The notes under the pieces were generated by a model. The model was not told the origin of the DNA, did not search any database, and was given only the letters and a program-made list of their open reading frames with translations. The translations under genes were made by a program, and so were the position numbers. From contig JBHGNT010000005.1 in the NCBI GenBank assembly GCA_043228905.1, positions 18,104,001-18,168,000 on the forward strand: a stretch of DNA of 64,000 nucleotides, read 5' to 3'. The DNA is from Azolla caroliniana (lineage: Eukaryota; Plantae; Polypodiophyta). Every line of letters starts with the position of its first letter. The stretch's first letter is position 1. Below are positions 40,761-51,098 of the stretch, one piece after another.

Positions 40761-41772
40761 TCCACTTGTAGAATCTTCTTAAAACGAAGCAAATACACCC
40801 TCTCTACAATAATTGGATGCACTAGTATCACATGTTCCTCAACTTGATAAGAATTTGCAAATATAAAAATACATGATAGATCTACGAGTGGAGATCATTA
40901 GAAATCATGCAAGTTTAGACATGTTGATAAGTTAATGTATCTAAATAAAGTTCAACTATGGCTCAATATGGCACTATTGTGCGACAAGGGAAACACTAAC
41001 TTAAAGACTTATATTAATTAGGTAGGTTTTACAAAATTATGAGGTGTACTTGTATCCATACTAATAAAATGAGATATAATTTATACTTTGACCCATACGT
41101 GCATGTATGTAATTGTCGAAAATGTAGGATAGTGCACATTAGGATAAGTGATTGGAATAACTAACTTATTAAAGTATTCAATACTTATATTAAAAGTTGA
41201 TCTAATCTATTCCTCAGTTTGTTCATATGGGATCAAACCATATGTGTATATAATTGTGCACAATGTAAGGCAGTGAACTTTAGGATAATGTCGTGGAAAT
41301 AACAAACCTATTAGGCTTTCATACCTATATTTAAAATTGATCTACTCTATTGCTTAGGTGATTCACACAAGATCAAACTCCGAACGATAACGCAACTGGA
41401 ACCATTATCAACACACTACACAATCTAAGCAGCAATGGAATAGAAACTAGACCTGTTTTAACAATATAAGACAAAGATCCATAATAACAACATGGACAGT
41501 CATGGCAATAATTATAGGGCCATGTTCTGTTAAGGTTAGCTTGGACCAAAATCAGCCTCCATTTAAGCTAGTTCATGTTTCTCCATAAGTTTGGTAGTCA
41601 GCTATGCACGCGGTGAAACCAATATCATAAATCTACTAATGAGGTATATAAAAATAAAATTGAAACATATAGATGATTATAAAGAATAGAATCCACTAGG
41701 TAAAACCCAAAATTTGTATTAATAATGTGAAATCTTAACAAATCGTCAGTGTCATATTATTTATAGAGTCTG

Positions 41773-44700
41773 TTACATAGCAATCAATTCATCTACGTCA
41801 TTTTCTTCATCATCTTGTGTAGAACTGTCTTCGGCTATACGTGCATTGGTTTCCCCTGTTAGCCGGGCCAACGAAATATCTTCTATAAGCTCATCATCAA
41901 GCTCTATTAGCTCTCCCGGTTCGCCGGCTAACGGAGGAATAGGCTCTCGCGAAGCGGGTTGAAACCTTTCTGTATTGGCGAGGTTCTTTGCACCGACCTC
42001 CTCATCCTGGTCTGGGCACTCCCACAAAACCTTAATCCGCATATTAATAAATATAACTTGGTCCTCGTCCTTCTCCAATGCAACTGTATTCCTAAACAGC
42101 TTCAATGCACATGCTGACGTAGTTCCTGTGATGTAAGTAACAAGAAGATTTAGTTGTCAAACGAAAAAAAAGGGATTGGTTATCTCAAGATCGTTACCCT
42201 AGTTCGAGGAATACCTGTGCCAGAAAAGAGATCTAATATCCAGTCTCCTTCGACAGAAAACATCTCGATCAAGCGCATCATAAGTCGTTGAGGTTTTTGG
42301 TATGGGTTGACAAGTCCCCGTTCTGTCGTGGTGACATGTCGCAATTTCCGAGTCACTGCTGGATATACCAACAGATTTGAACCTCCCACTTCATTAGAAT
42401 GCTCTTTGATTCTCTTTTTTTTAATTTCATCGAAGTAGCCAACCGTTATGTATTCAATGGCATTAACGAACCGAAAAGTTGGCCCTCTATTTACATTGGT
42501 CTTGATCCTATAAAAAATAATTCATCGAGTTAAAAATAGATTCAACAACCTTAAGAATTGCAATATAATGAAAGACACCTATAAATAATCCTTACCATGC
42601 AAGGTTCTCGATGCCATGGCAACGAGATCTCAAAGCTTGAGCTACCGAGTACCCTTGGTCCATACTATGAAAGACAACTATTCGCCACAAGGATGCGGTC
42701 GTTAGCTCAGCGAAATCCTTGACCATCTTCTCCAATTGTTTAAACCTAAACGGTTCATCGTCGTATGATGACCCAGCCATTCGAAATCCGTAAGGAATAT
42801 CCGCAATCATTAGCGTATATTCCTTCTTTGGCACCTTCTGGATCAAGTCGATGACATCACCGCAAACCACATTGTAGTAAAGATCTCTCGTTATATCTTT
42901 CTTGTGGCTAAATTTTTTAAACGAGCCATCTTCCTCCATTTCGTACGCCTTGACTAAGCGACGATCCTTTTCTTTTCTAGCTCGCTCGAGATGTGCAAGG
43001 AAGGATGTAGGGAAATCGTGTATATCCTTAACTTCTCCTTGTTTCTTGCCTCGACACGGTTTCTAATAGAAGCAATAGGACATCAGGTATTATTACGCAA
43101 CCTCTACATATGATGAAAGGGTAATGAAAAAATATCAATACTAACCCAATCCTTGAATGCAATAAAATACTCTGATAACGCCTTATACGAAGACGTTAGA
43201 GGATAATCCTCGGTCACTTGTTCCCAAGTTATACATCCAAGTTGTTTCATCATTACTTCTTGGATCTTCATGTACACCTTATGACTGTAAAATTAGAAAT
43301 CAAGATTAGAACTTTGAATTACACCAGATAGACTACAATTTCAGTATTTGAAAGACTTACTTATTGAACTCGGTGACCATTTCTTCAAGGCTTAAATCTT
43401 TCGCCACAACCCTTGACAAAACGGACACAAGAAGCTGCTCGTCCTTAATACCTTGCATCGCTCTCCATAGAGACAACTTCATGTCGTCTGCCGCTTCTTC
43501 AATTGTCAAGTCAATTCTCTTGGCGGCTTGTGACTTTAATTCTAGTTGAGGGTCAACCCTACATTTCTTTTGTCGTTGACCCTTTACCTCCTTATTCTCC
43601 CACATTGAGAAGATTTGATCTTGGAGGTCCCATACTTCTCCATCTCTAAACGCCAATTGAAACCAAGATTCATACTTTCGAAGACCATCGGACCTAACAT
43701 TATCATCTACCACAATGCCGACTTCATGAAGACATTGACGTCGAAGGCCTGGATGTAACTTCACACCAAACTTTTGTTTCACATCTAAATACTCGTGGTG
43801 GAAGAACCGGATTCGCTCAATAGACGACATTTTCTGCCTATAGTCATTATCATTATTATGGTCCCATGCCAACAGTTTAGCCTCTTCGGTTGTGAGCCCA
43901 ACATATATTTTGCACTCGGCATACTTGAAGAAGAAAGTGGTTGGATGTTCTCTGACAAGTTGTCGACGTGCCTCTGCTGAATGCGATCCACCAATGACAA
44001 AATAATTATATTGATCATGCTTTCTGATATCAAAATCTTCAATGGTTTCACATTCTTCAGGATCCACCATAACAATAAAAGGCACCACTGTGGCATGAGG
44101 ATTAATTTTCATTTTTTTCTTGAGATTTTGAACATGCATGCGATGAGGCTCTCTAATCTCAAGTGGTCTTCGACCTGTTTTTTCATCAATAGGGGGCCGA
44201 TGGATGTGTGTTATAGGCAAATTAAATACTTGGCCTTTCCTGACCAGCTTCCGTTGCATTAACTCTCTTCTTATTTTATTCTGCTCGGATGACAAAACAC
44301 CCGAGGCCAGCTCGGCTCCTGGCGTCCCCTTATTATCCTCTTCTTCATTGTCACTTGTCGAATCCGTATCCGACATTTTCGTTGTCTTCTTCTTGGCTGG
44401 TCTTGATTGGACTTTGGATACCTTTTTAGTGGCCTTCAAGTGGGAGGGCTCTTCATCTCGTAGAGTTACATGGCCTTGTATATAAGGCCTCAAGGTAACA
44501 ATCAGGTTTTGTGAGTTATCAAGTGCTTTTTTGAACACTTCAGGCCCACAAGATTCCTTTACTAAAAGGTCTTCTGAAAGGAACACTTTGCGTACCCCCT
44601 TGGAGCACTCTATCATTACCAGTATGTTGGCCGAATCTGCATCTTCGTAGTCAAATCGTAGAATTCGGCCATACATAAATGGAGTTTCTTTTCCTAGCTG

Positions 44701-46297
44701 CCCCTCACCCTTCTTCTTTGCTGTATACAATACGACTTTTTTCTTTGAGTCGATATATTGCATACACCATTCCTTGTCCGTTAGATCTCGGTCAGGAAGG
44801 TCTTCGCCTCCAGTAGCGGCGACAATTTTCTTTTGGCTTACATCACTATGGGGCTGAGATTTTGTCTCTTCATTAAATAGAAGCTTTTTTCCTCTCTTTA
44901 TGGACTCCGGAGTTACCTTGGTCTGGGCTTCGATTGGAGAACCTTGTATGCGAAGCTTAATTTTCTTCACGGGTCGGTCTGACAGATTCTCAAACGACCT
45001 ATTTAAGAAAGTATATGCAAAAACATAAGTTAGACAGTTACGTAGATTGAAGTTGTTATTATAATGAAGAACAGTTTCTAGGAGCAGTAACATATTCAAA
45101 AATCTATTGTAGGCATGGCTATTCAACCTAGAAAATATATATCGTAATAAGTAAAACGGGTTATATATTCTTTTAAATAGTAGATATGACTTATATAGAT
45201 TCTAAACCTATATTGATGAGAATTTGCCATAGTGAATGCAATTTGTAGATCATTTTCTACTATTTTAAGCCAAAGTAGGTCAAAAAACACCTATAATTAG
45301 AGCTTGTATTTGTTTAGAAGTAAGTAAACTCAACATAAAAAGACTGATTTTGACAGACAATTTGATAACATTTCCACCCCTTAAACGATTTTTCTCTCTC
45401 AAAGGCTACACTTTAAACACGAACTCGATACGGCGTATCGAGTTCGTGTTTAAAAGGTAAGTTTTAAACACGAACTCGATACGGCGTATCGAGTTCGTGT
45501 TTAAAGTATAGGTTTTAAACACGAACTCGATACGCCGTATCGAGTTCGTATTTAAAACTTACCTTTTAAACACGAACTCGATACGGCGTATCGAGTTCGT
45601 GTTTAAAACTTACCTTTTAAACACGAACTCGATACGCCGTATCGAGTTCGTGTTTAAAGTATAGGTTTTAAACACGAACTCGATACGGCGTATCGAGTTC
45701 GTGTTTAAAGTGTAGGTTTTAAACACGAACTCGATACGCCGTATCGAGTTCGTGTTTAAAAGATAAGTTTTAAACACGAACTCGCTACGCCGTATCGAGT
45801 TCGTGTTTAAAACTTACCTTTTGCCCACGAACTCGATACGCCGTATCGAGTTCGTGTTTAAAACTTACCTTTTGCCCACGAACTCGATACGGCGTATCGA
45901 GTTCGTGTTTAAAAGATAAGTTTTAAACACGAACTCGATACGGCGTATCGAGTTCGTGTTTAAAACTTACCTTTTAAACAAGAACTCGATACGGCGTATC
46001 GAGTTCGTGTTTAAAACCTATACTTTAAACACGAACTCGATACGGCGTATCGAGTTCGTGTTTAAAACTTACCTTTTAAACACGAACTCGATACGGCGTA
46101 TCGAGTTCGTGTTTAAAACTTATCTTTTAAACACGAACTCGATACGGCGTATCGAGTTCGTGTATAAATATTTGTATTGTATACATGAACTCGATACGCC
46201 GTATCGAGTTTTTCGGGAAACGAAACATATTTACAAAAATGTCCACAGTGTCAGAGGCCTACCTGGACTCCTCGCGCTCGACTCTCTTGGAAGACAT
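41773..46297 (-). CDS. Six-exon gene: ParB/Srx-like domain plus beta-class N4-cytosine/N6-adenine DNA methyltransferase (~974 aa)
   Basis: Exons 46297-46263, 44998-43361, 43284-43146, 43062-42596, 42507-42215 and 42125-41773 join in frame at GT-AG sites (2925 nt). Motifs: VIGGSHSAEAR (ParB-like), GDVIDLI..LMIADIPY (motif IV), NPYQKP, GDWILDLFSGTGTT..LFRNTVALEKD (motif I). Exon 1 is the least certain. Confidence 0.85.
45412..46212. repeat. Tandem array of 43-bp palindromes with 8-bp spacers (51-bp period; 15 full units plus 1 degenerate)
   Basis: Unit TTTAAACACGAACTCGATACG(G/C)CGTATCGAGTTCGTGTTTAAA is self-complementary apart from the central base. Confidence 0.96.
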
Positions 46298-46349
46298 GGT
46301 TGATCGTGTTGTGTGGAGGCGGAGATCGCGCTTTCGTGCTTTGTGCCTT

Positions 46350-46413
46350 GAGTGCTCTGTGTGCTCTGTGTGCTCTGTGTGCTCTGAGTGCTCTGTACGC
46401 TCTGTACGCTCTG
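46350..46413. repeat. 9-bp tandem repeat (gtgctctgt-like) in the predicted 5' UTR of the methyltransferase gene
   Basis: About 7 units visible. Confidence 0.75.
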
Positions 46414-46439
46414 GTGAGTGAAATATGATGAGGTCTTCC

Positions 46440-46447
46440 TATTTATA
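46440..46447 (-). promoter_or_regulatory. Putative TATA box of the methyltransferase gene
   Basis: CCTATAAATAGG on the minus strand, about 145 bp upstream of the exon-1 ATG. Confidence 0.55.
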
Positions 46448-47083
46448 GGGATTGAACCCATGGTTAAAGTAACCATAGTCATCTTAACCAATGTTGGTAA
46501 CTTTGAGGATAGTTAGTTTGTAACCATAGTCACATTAACTATAGTAACTTATGATTGTATTAATGATTACAAAGTCAAACTAATATATTGATCAATCTTT
46601 TATACTCATAACAACCTACAATCACTTCAAAGGTTATGAAGGAGACAATGATAGAGGTTCATGAATGTACCAATGATTGATTACTAAAAGCAAAAAATTT
46701 TATGACTCTCAATGATTGATAAGTCTAATAATTAAAATGGTGAGCCTTAAAGAATCAATGAGTGAGACGGTCTATATCAAAATGGGTGTCATTAATTAGC
46801 CAATGATTTTAACATTAATCCAACATATTCAAGGCTTGTTAATGATTAGTTTTATATTTTACTTGATTTAACATCATTTAGATCTAGTTTATATAATGAT
46901 TGATAATTTAAGTTAAATTACTTTATTAAAAATAATTTTTAGATGTATTGTATTTTAATAGAATATTACATAATATAGACGTTCTATTGATTTGTCTTTT
47001 GTTTAGAGAGAAGTTTATGTTTAGGGAGGAGTATATGGTTAGAGAGGAGTATAACTTAGAGAGCCCTATCTAGACCTTAAGCC

Positions 47084-49864
47084 ATGAGTGAAGATTCACC
47101 GTTCTCGATTGAAGAATATTGTTTGTCATCAGACACATCGTTTTCTACTGAAGAGTATTGTTTATCAACAGAGTCACCATATTCGATTGAAGAATATTGT
47201 CTTTCGACCGACTCACCATATTCTATCGAAGAATATTGTCTGAGCTCATCTACAGGGAATGCAAATAATGACACATGTGAAGAGTTCTCTATTGAAGAAT
47301 ACGATATTAATAAAGATACCGGGAATGAAGGAAGTGCCCAGGAAACATTGAATAACATTGGCGATGGTCAGAACAGAGAATTAGACTGTAACAAGGTTAC
47401 ACCAACCTCTATGCAGGAAGAGAAATCTGGGAGCCCTATGCATATTAGAAGAATCCCACGAAGAATTCGTCTGGCTAGATTTAGCTTGGTGACATCAGAT
47501 AAACAGATTGGATTTGATGTCAACAAAATATGTTGTGCCCGTGGTTGTATGTCTATGATTGGAAAATCAAAGTTGCGAGAATTAAGGCGATACTATTTTT
47601 CGATGACCGGTGATGAGCAAGACACTTACCTCGGATCACATATGCAACTAGTATCTGACAAATGTACGGGGATCAAAGTATCATTCGAGTATTATATCTT
47701 CCATGCGCAACAGATATGTAGAGTTGCATTCAAAATTGTGTTATGTGTTAGTAACATGCGGCTACATAGAGTACAACAACGTCTACTTAGCGGGGATCAG
47801 ATGCTCAATTGTAAAGAGGTTCCAAGTATGAAAGGTGCAATTGGAAGACTAGCTATTGGCTGGATGAAAACTTACTTTCAGTTAAATTGTGAAGTAATGC
47901 CCACTACAGGTAGGATGCATCTTTCTGATAATTATACCCGTCGGGAAGTTTATGATGTCTATCGATCTGAAATGCTGGGCTCACGTAATAAGTCTATCAC
48001 CTATAGCCAATTCACAAGATTATGGAGAGCTCGGTTTTCAAATGTTATTATTCCTCGTAAAGTACGTATGGGTTATTGCTCCATTTGTGCAAATCTTAAA
48101 AGTTTGGCTAAAGGTGCAAAGACATCAATGGAAAAGGATACGAGTAAGAAGTTACTACAAGAGCATCGCGAGGCACAATCCTTAGAACGAAGGAAGGCGA
48201 TGCATCATAGAGAGAAGTGTTTGAAGAGGCCTGAACAATACATGTGCTTAATGATAGATGGCATGGACCAGAAGAAGACATGCTTGCCGCATATGCGGAG
48301 GCTCCCCAAAGATGTCAATGATGAGTGCCTTGTTCAAATGCACTTGGTGGGATGCTTGGCTTATAATAGGTCTGTTCGACCTCACGTCTTCATTACTTAC
48401 CCCAATGTTCACAATGACCCTAACCTAACAGTTACAGTGATTCACCGAGTTTTGATGTCTTGGGGACAACCTTTCCCCCCTGTTCTATACATTCAATTGG
48501 ATAATACTGCTAGAGAGAACAAAAATTCAACTGTATTTGGCTATCTAAGTATGTTGGTCAACCTAGAATTGTTTAGGAAAGTGAAAGTCAATTTCCTTTT
48601 GGTTGGCCACACACATGACCATATAGATCAGATGTTTAGCACATTCTCTAGACAGTTGTCTCGGCATGATGCTTTCACTTTACCTAAACTATTTGATGTC
48701 ATTTGTGATGCATATACACCACGCCCAAAAGTGTTACACTTGAAGGAGGTATATGACTTTAAGAGATATATATTAGATGGAGGTGGTGGGAATGTTAAAG
48801 TGCTTGCTCAGTTAAACAATATAAGTTTCAATCACATTTTTTTGATAAAGAAAAATGGAATAAGTGGTTCTACACTTTTGTATGCTAAACAATATTCATC
48901 TTCTACAACATGGGAACCTGAAGGTGGTTGCCAGTTATTACTTTGTATGCCGAGTACAATTGTCCATGGAGCTAAGCAAATGCCAATTGAGAAGAAAGGA
49001 CAGTTGCAGAGCGACTTGGTATTAGAACAAAAACGGTCATGGCTCCAAGCCTTAGAAGAAAAAAGAAAACATATTGAGGCCGCCAAGAAATATGCCGCAC
49101 AACAAGACACGTCATGGTGGGATGTATTTTATAGTGATCAGAAAGAAATTATAGACAATTGTGTATCTGTTGATAATTGGAATTTGGAAACGCCATTCAC
49201 ATGGTCGCTGCAACATGATCGCGTAAATAGAAGTCCGGAGCGACTAGTAAATGCGATTAATGACAGCTTGGTCCATCCACAACAAAGAGACATTTATGTG
49301 GGACCAAGGATGACCAAAGCAGCCGAAGCTAGATGGCAAGGAAATTTGCAAGAGCTCACCGCGGGGATGTTGATTGCAACGCCGGCTGATGAGAACTCAC
49401 ATGGCCACCAATTTTGGGTTGGTAAAATTCTAGAAGTGCTAATGCATGAAATAGATAACACGATCAAGTCTATAAATGTTCATTGGTACAACACTAGAAG
49501 TGCAAATGCTTTTACAGGTAAGTATACATTGGAGATGATTGAATGCCAAACAAGAAGGGGAGGTAGGAAGAGGAAGCGAAACATTCGTAACACCTCGACC
49601 CTTGATATCTCTGATGTGGATATCATCGTGTACGACTTCACACTTACAAAAGCCGGACGATTAAGGAAGTCAACAATAGATATAATAAAAGAAAAATTAC
49701 CAGGTCTACAAGGTGGCTCGAGTCAAAGGCAAACGAGATCTGCTACATATAATCTAGAGTCAAACCATTTGGTTTATGACGAAGATAATGCACTGATTGG
49801 TACATCCGAGGATGATGAGGAGGAATCGTCATTGTATATTAGTTATAGTAGTGATTCTCCGTAA
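47084..49864 (+). CDS. Putative transposase (Sola/DUF7869-like DDD core, Cys-rich N-terminal region), 926 aa
   Basis: Single intact ORF between TIRs; CSIC, LMIDGMDQKKT, LYIQLDNTARENKN, FLLVGHTHDHIDQMFS. Family assignment is from motif recall, not a search. Confidence 0.8.
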   Translation: MSEDSPFSIEEYCLSSDTSFSTEEYCLSTESPYSIEEYCLSTDSPYSIEEYCLSSSTGNANNDTCEEFSIEEYDINKDTGNEGSAQETLNNIGDGQNRELDCNKVTPTSMQEEKSGSPMHIRRIPRRIRLARFSLVTSDKQIGFDVNKICCARGCMSMIGKSKLRELRRYYFSMTGDEQDTYLGSHMQLVSDKCTGIKVSFEYYIFHAQQICRVAFKIVLCVSNMRLHRVQQRLLSGDQMLNCKEVPSMKGAIGRLAIGWMKTYFQLNCEVMPTTGRMHLSDNYTRREVYDVYRSEMLGSRNKSITYSQFTRLWRARFSNVIIPRKVRMGYCSICANLKSLAKGAKTSMEKDTSKKLLQEHREAQSLERRKAMHHREKCLKRPEQYMCLMIDGMDQKKTCLPHMRRLPKDVNDECLVQMHLVGCLAYNRSVRPHVFITYPNVHNDPNLTVTVIHRVLMSWGQPFPPVLYIQLDNTARENKNSTVFGYLSMLVNLELFRKVKVNFLLVGHTHDHIDQMFSTFSRQLSRHDAFTLPKLFDVICDAYTPRPKVLHLKEVYDFKRYILDGGGGNVKVLAQLNNISFNHIFLIKKNGISGSTLLYAKQYSSSTTWEPEGGCQLLLCMPSTIVHGAKQMPIEKKGQLQSDLVLEQKRSWLQALEEKRKHIEAAKKYAAQQDTSWWDVFYSDQKEIIDNCVSVDNWNLETPFTWSLQHDRVNRSPERLVNAINDSLVHPQQRDIYVGPRMTKAAEARWQGNLQELTAGMLIATPADENSHGHQFWVGKILEVLMHEIDNTIKSINVHWYNTRSANAFTGKYTLEMIECQTRRGGRKRKRNIRNTSTLDISDVDIIVYDFTLTKAGRLRKSTIDIIKEKLPGLQGGSSQRQTRSATYNLESNHLVYDEDNALIGTSEDDEEESSLYISYSSDSP
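47093..47305 (+). repeat. 42-bp coding tandem repeat (SPYSIEEYCLSTD-like, 4 copies plus 1 partial)
   Basis: Visible in the DNA and in the transposase N-terminus. Confidence 0.85.
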
Positions 49865-50186
49865 AGGAGTGATCATGAATGTATATTTGGCTATTAAGTG
49901 TAACTACATTCCGCTTGTAACAAATCGAGTAATATAAAATCATGTGTTTTGAATTCTTATGATTTCCCAAAAATCGTTTCTTATAAAATAACATTGGTTG
50001 TAAAGTTTGTGATATAAATTGAGAATGTATGTTTCTGAAATTCGTCTTTTTTTAGTTACTTCTAAATCACGAAAATAGTGGATTTTTAACCTTTTTCATA
50101 GTATGTTTGAACTTGTATGATACTGGTATCAATGTGTTTTGTAAAATCATTGAAAAACCCCTAAAATTTCCCTTATCCTTCCATTT

Positions 50187-50222
50187 ATGCGCGATCCTTC
50201 CACTTGTGAACGCGAACGTGTT
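50187..50222 (-). repeat. Right terminal inverted repeat
   Basis: Reverse complement AACACGTTCGCGTTCACAAGTGGAAGGATCGCGCAT. Confidence 0.92.
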
Positions 50223-51098
50223 TTTTGCTTCCTCATAGTCTTCCAACACATTCCCAAATCCATTTTTCGTGAGTTGGAAAAGAACAAAATACTTCCTCTT
50301 CATGACTTCCACGTCTCGATTGTGATTCACTCTCATGACTGTGTCTAGCTTCTTTTTGAAAGCCTCCATATTTAACTTGGAGATCCACAATGCGGAGAGA
50401 AGAAGGCTGAAGATGCACACATAAAACATAAACACACACACCTAGAGACATAGAGAGCTAAACACATAGAGACGAACTCTGGGGTGGCTAGGGTTTTTTT
50501 GGGCAGAGAGAGTAACGAAAAGGGGAGGAGGTTGAAAGGCCTTGTCCATTAGGCCTCAGATACATAAGAAATAAAAGCAAGAGAAATCGCCATTGCCATC
50601 GCAGATTGGCTCTCAACAAAGAGTTCATACACACCGCTTTTTAACACAAAGACACAAACACACAGTGAAGGAGACAGAGAGATTAGTGATGCAGAGGGAG
50701 AAGGAGAGAGATTTCTTCTCAAGGGGGAGTGGGGGTAGGCCGTAGGGCATGCCATGTGTTTATGGGTGGGGGGTGGAGCCAGGATCGACTCCACCCCCCT
50801 CCCTAGGGGGTTCAAATGTGAAGGAGAGAAGGACAGACACACACAAAGAATGAATGAGAGAGAGGAATAATCGAGAGAATCACAGTTGAGGGGTAACTTC
50901 AATATATTCCTCTCTCTTTTTTCCATGCCCCACGAGTGAGGTTTAAATAGTACAAGATGTCATCATTACAAAAAGCTGAGTGAGAGTAGTTATACCTACT
51001 TACCCCACCTAACACTCACACATTCACATTTCACATTACACATTACACACCACCTTCCACATTACACCTAACCCTCCCGTACACCTATACGGGTAACA
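50223..51098 (-). mobile_element. LTR-like insert (with 40658-40724) between Copia E and the TIR element
   Basis: Not homologous to Copia pol; begins TGTTAC on the minus strand at 51098; no clean TSD or second end. Confidence 0.4.

Larger units (their letters stand above)
40725..50222. mobile_element. TIR DNA transposon (Sola-like DDD transposase) carrying a DNA methyltransferase gene
   Basis: 36-bp TIRs with one mismatch, TTTT on both flanks (40721-40724, 50223-50226), two divergent intact genes inside. Confidence 0.88.

Noticed and set aside
43357-45126. 589-aa ORF as a stand-alone gene
   Set aside because: Its first ~42 codons look intronic and its end coincides with a GTAAGT donor; it is exon 2 of the methyltransferase gene.
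45412-46212. CRISPR array
   Set aside because: Spacers are only 8 bp and recur, there are no cas genes, and the context is eukaryotic.
45956-46491. Repetitive ORFs (NTNSIRRIEFVFK..., STQSTQ...)
   Set aside because: By-products of the palindrome array and the 9-bp repeat.
40725-50222. Bacterial or phage contamination, or a CACTA/piggyBac element
   Set aside because: Spliceosomal introns and clean nesting argue against contamination; the termini are not CACTA, TTAA occurs on one side only, and the transposase motifs differ.
51076-51098. Helitron 3' hairpin (cccgta...tacggg)
   Set aside because: No CTRR terminus or A/T insertion site; better read as an LTR-like end.
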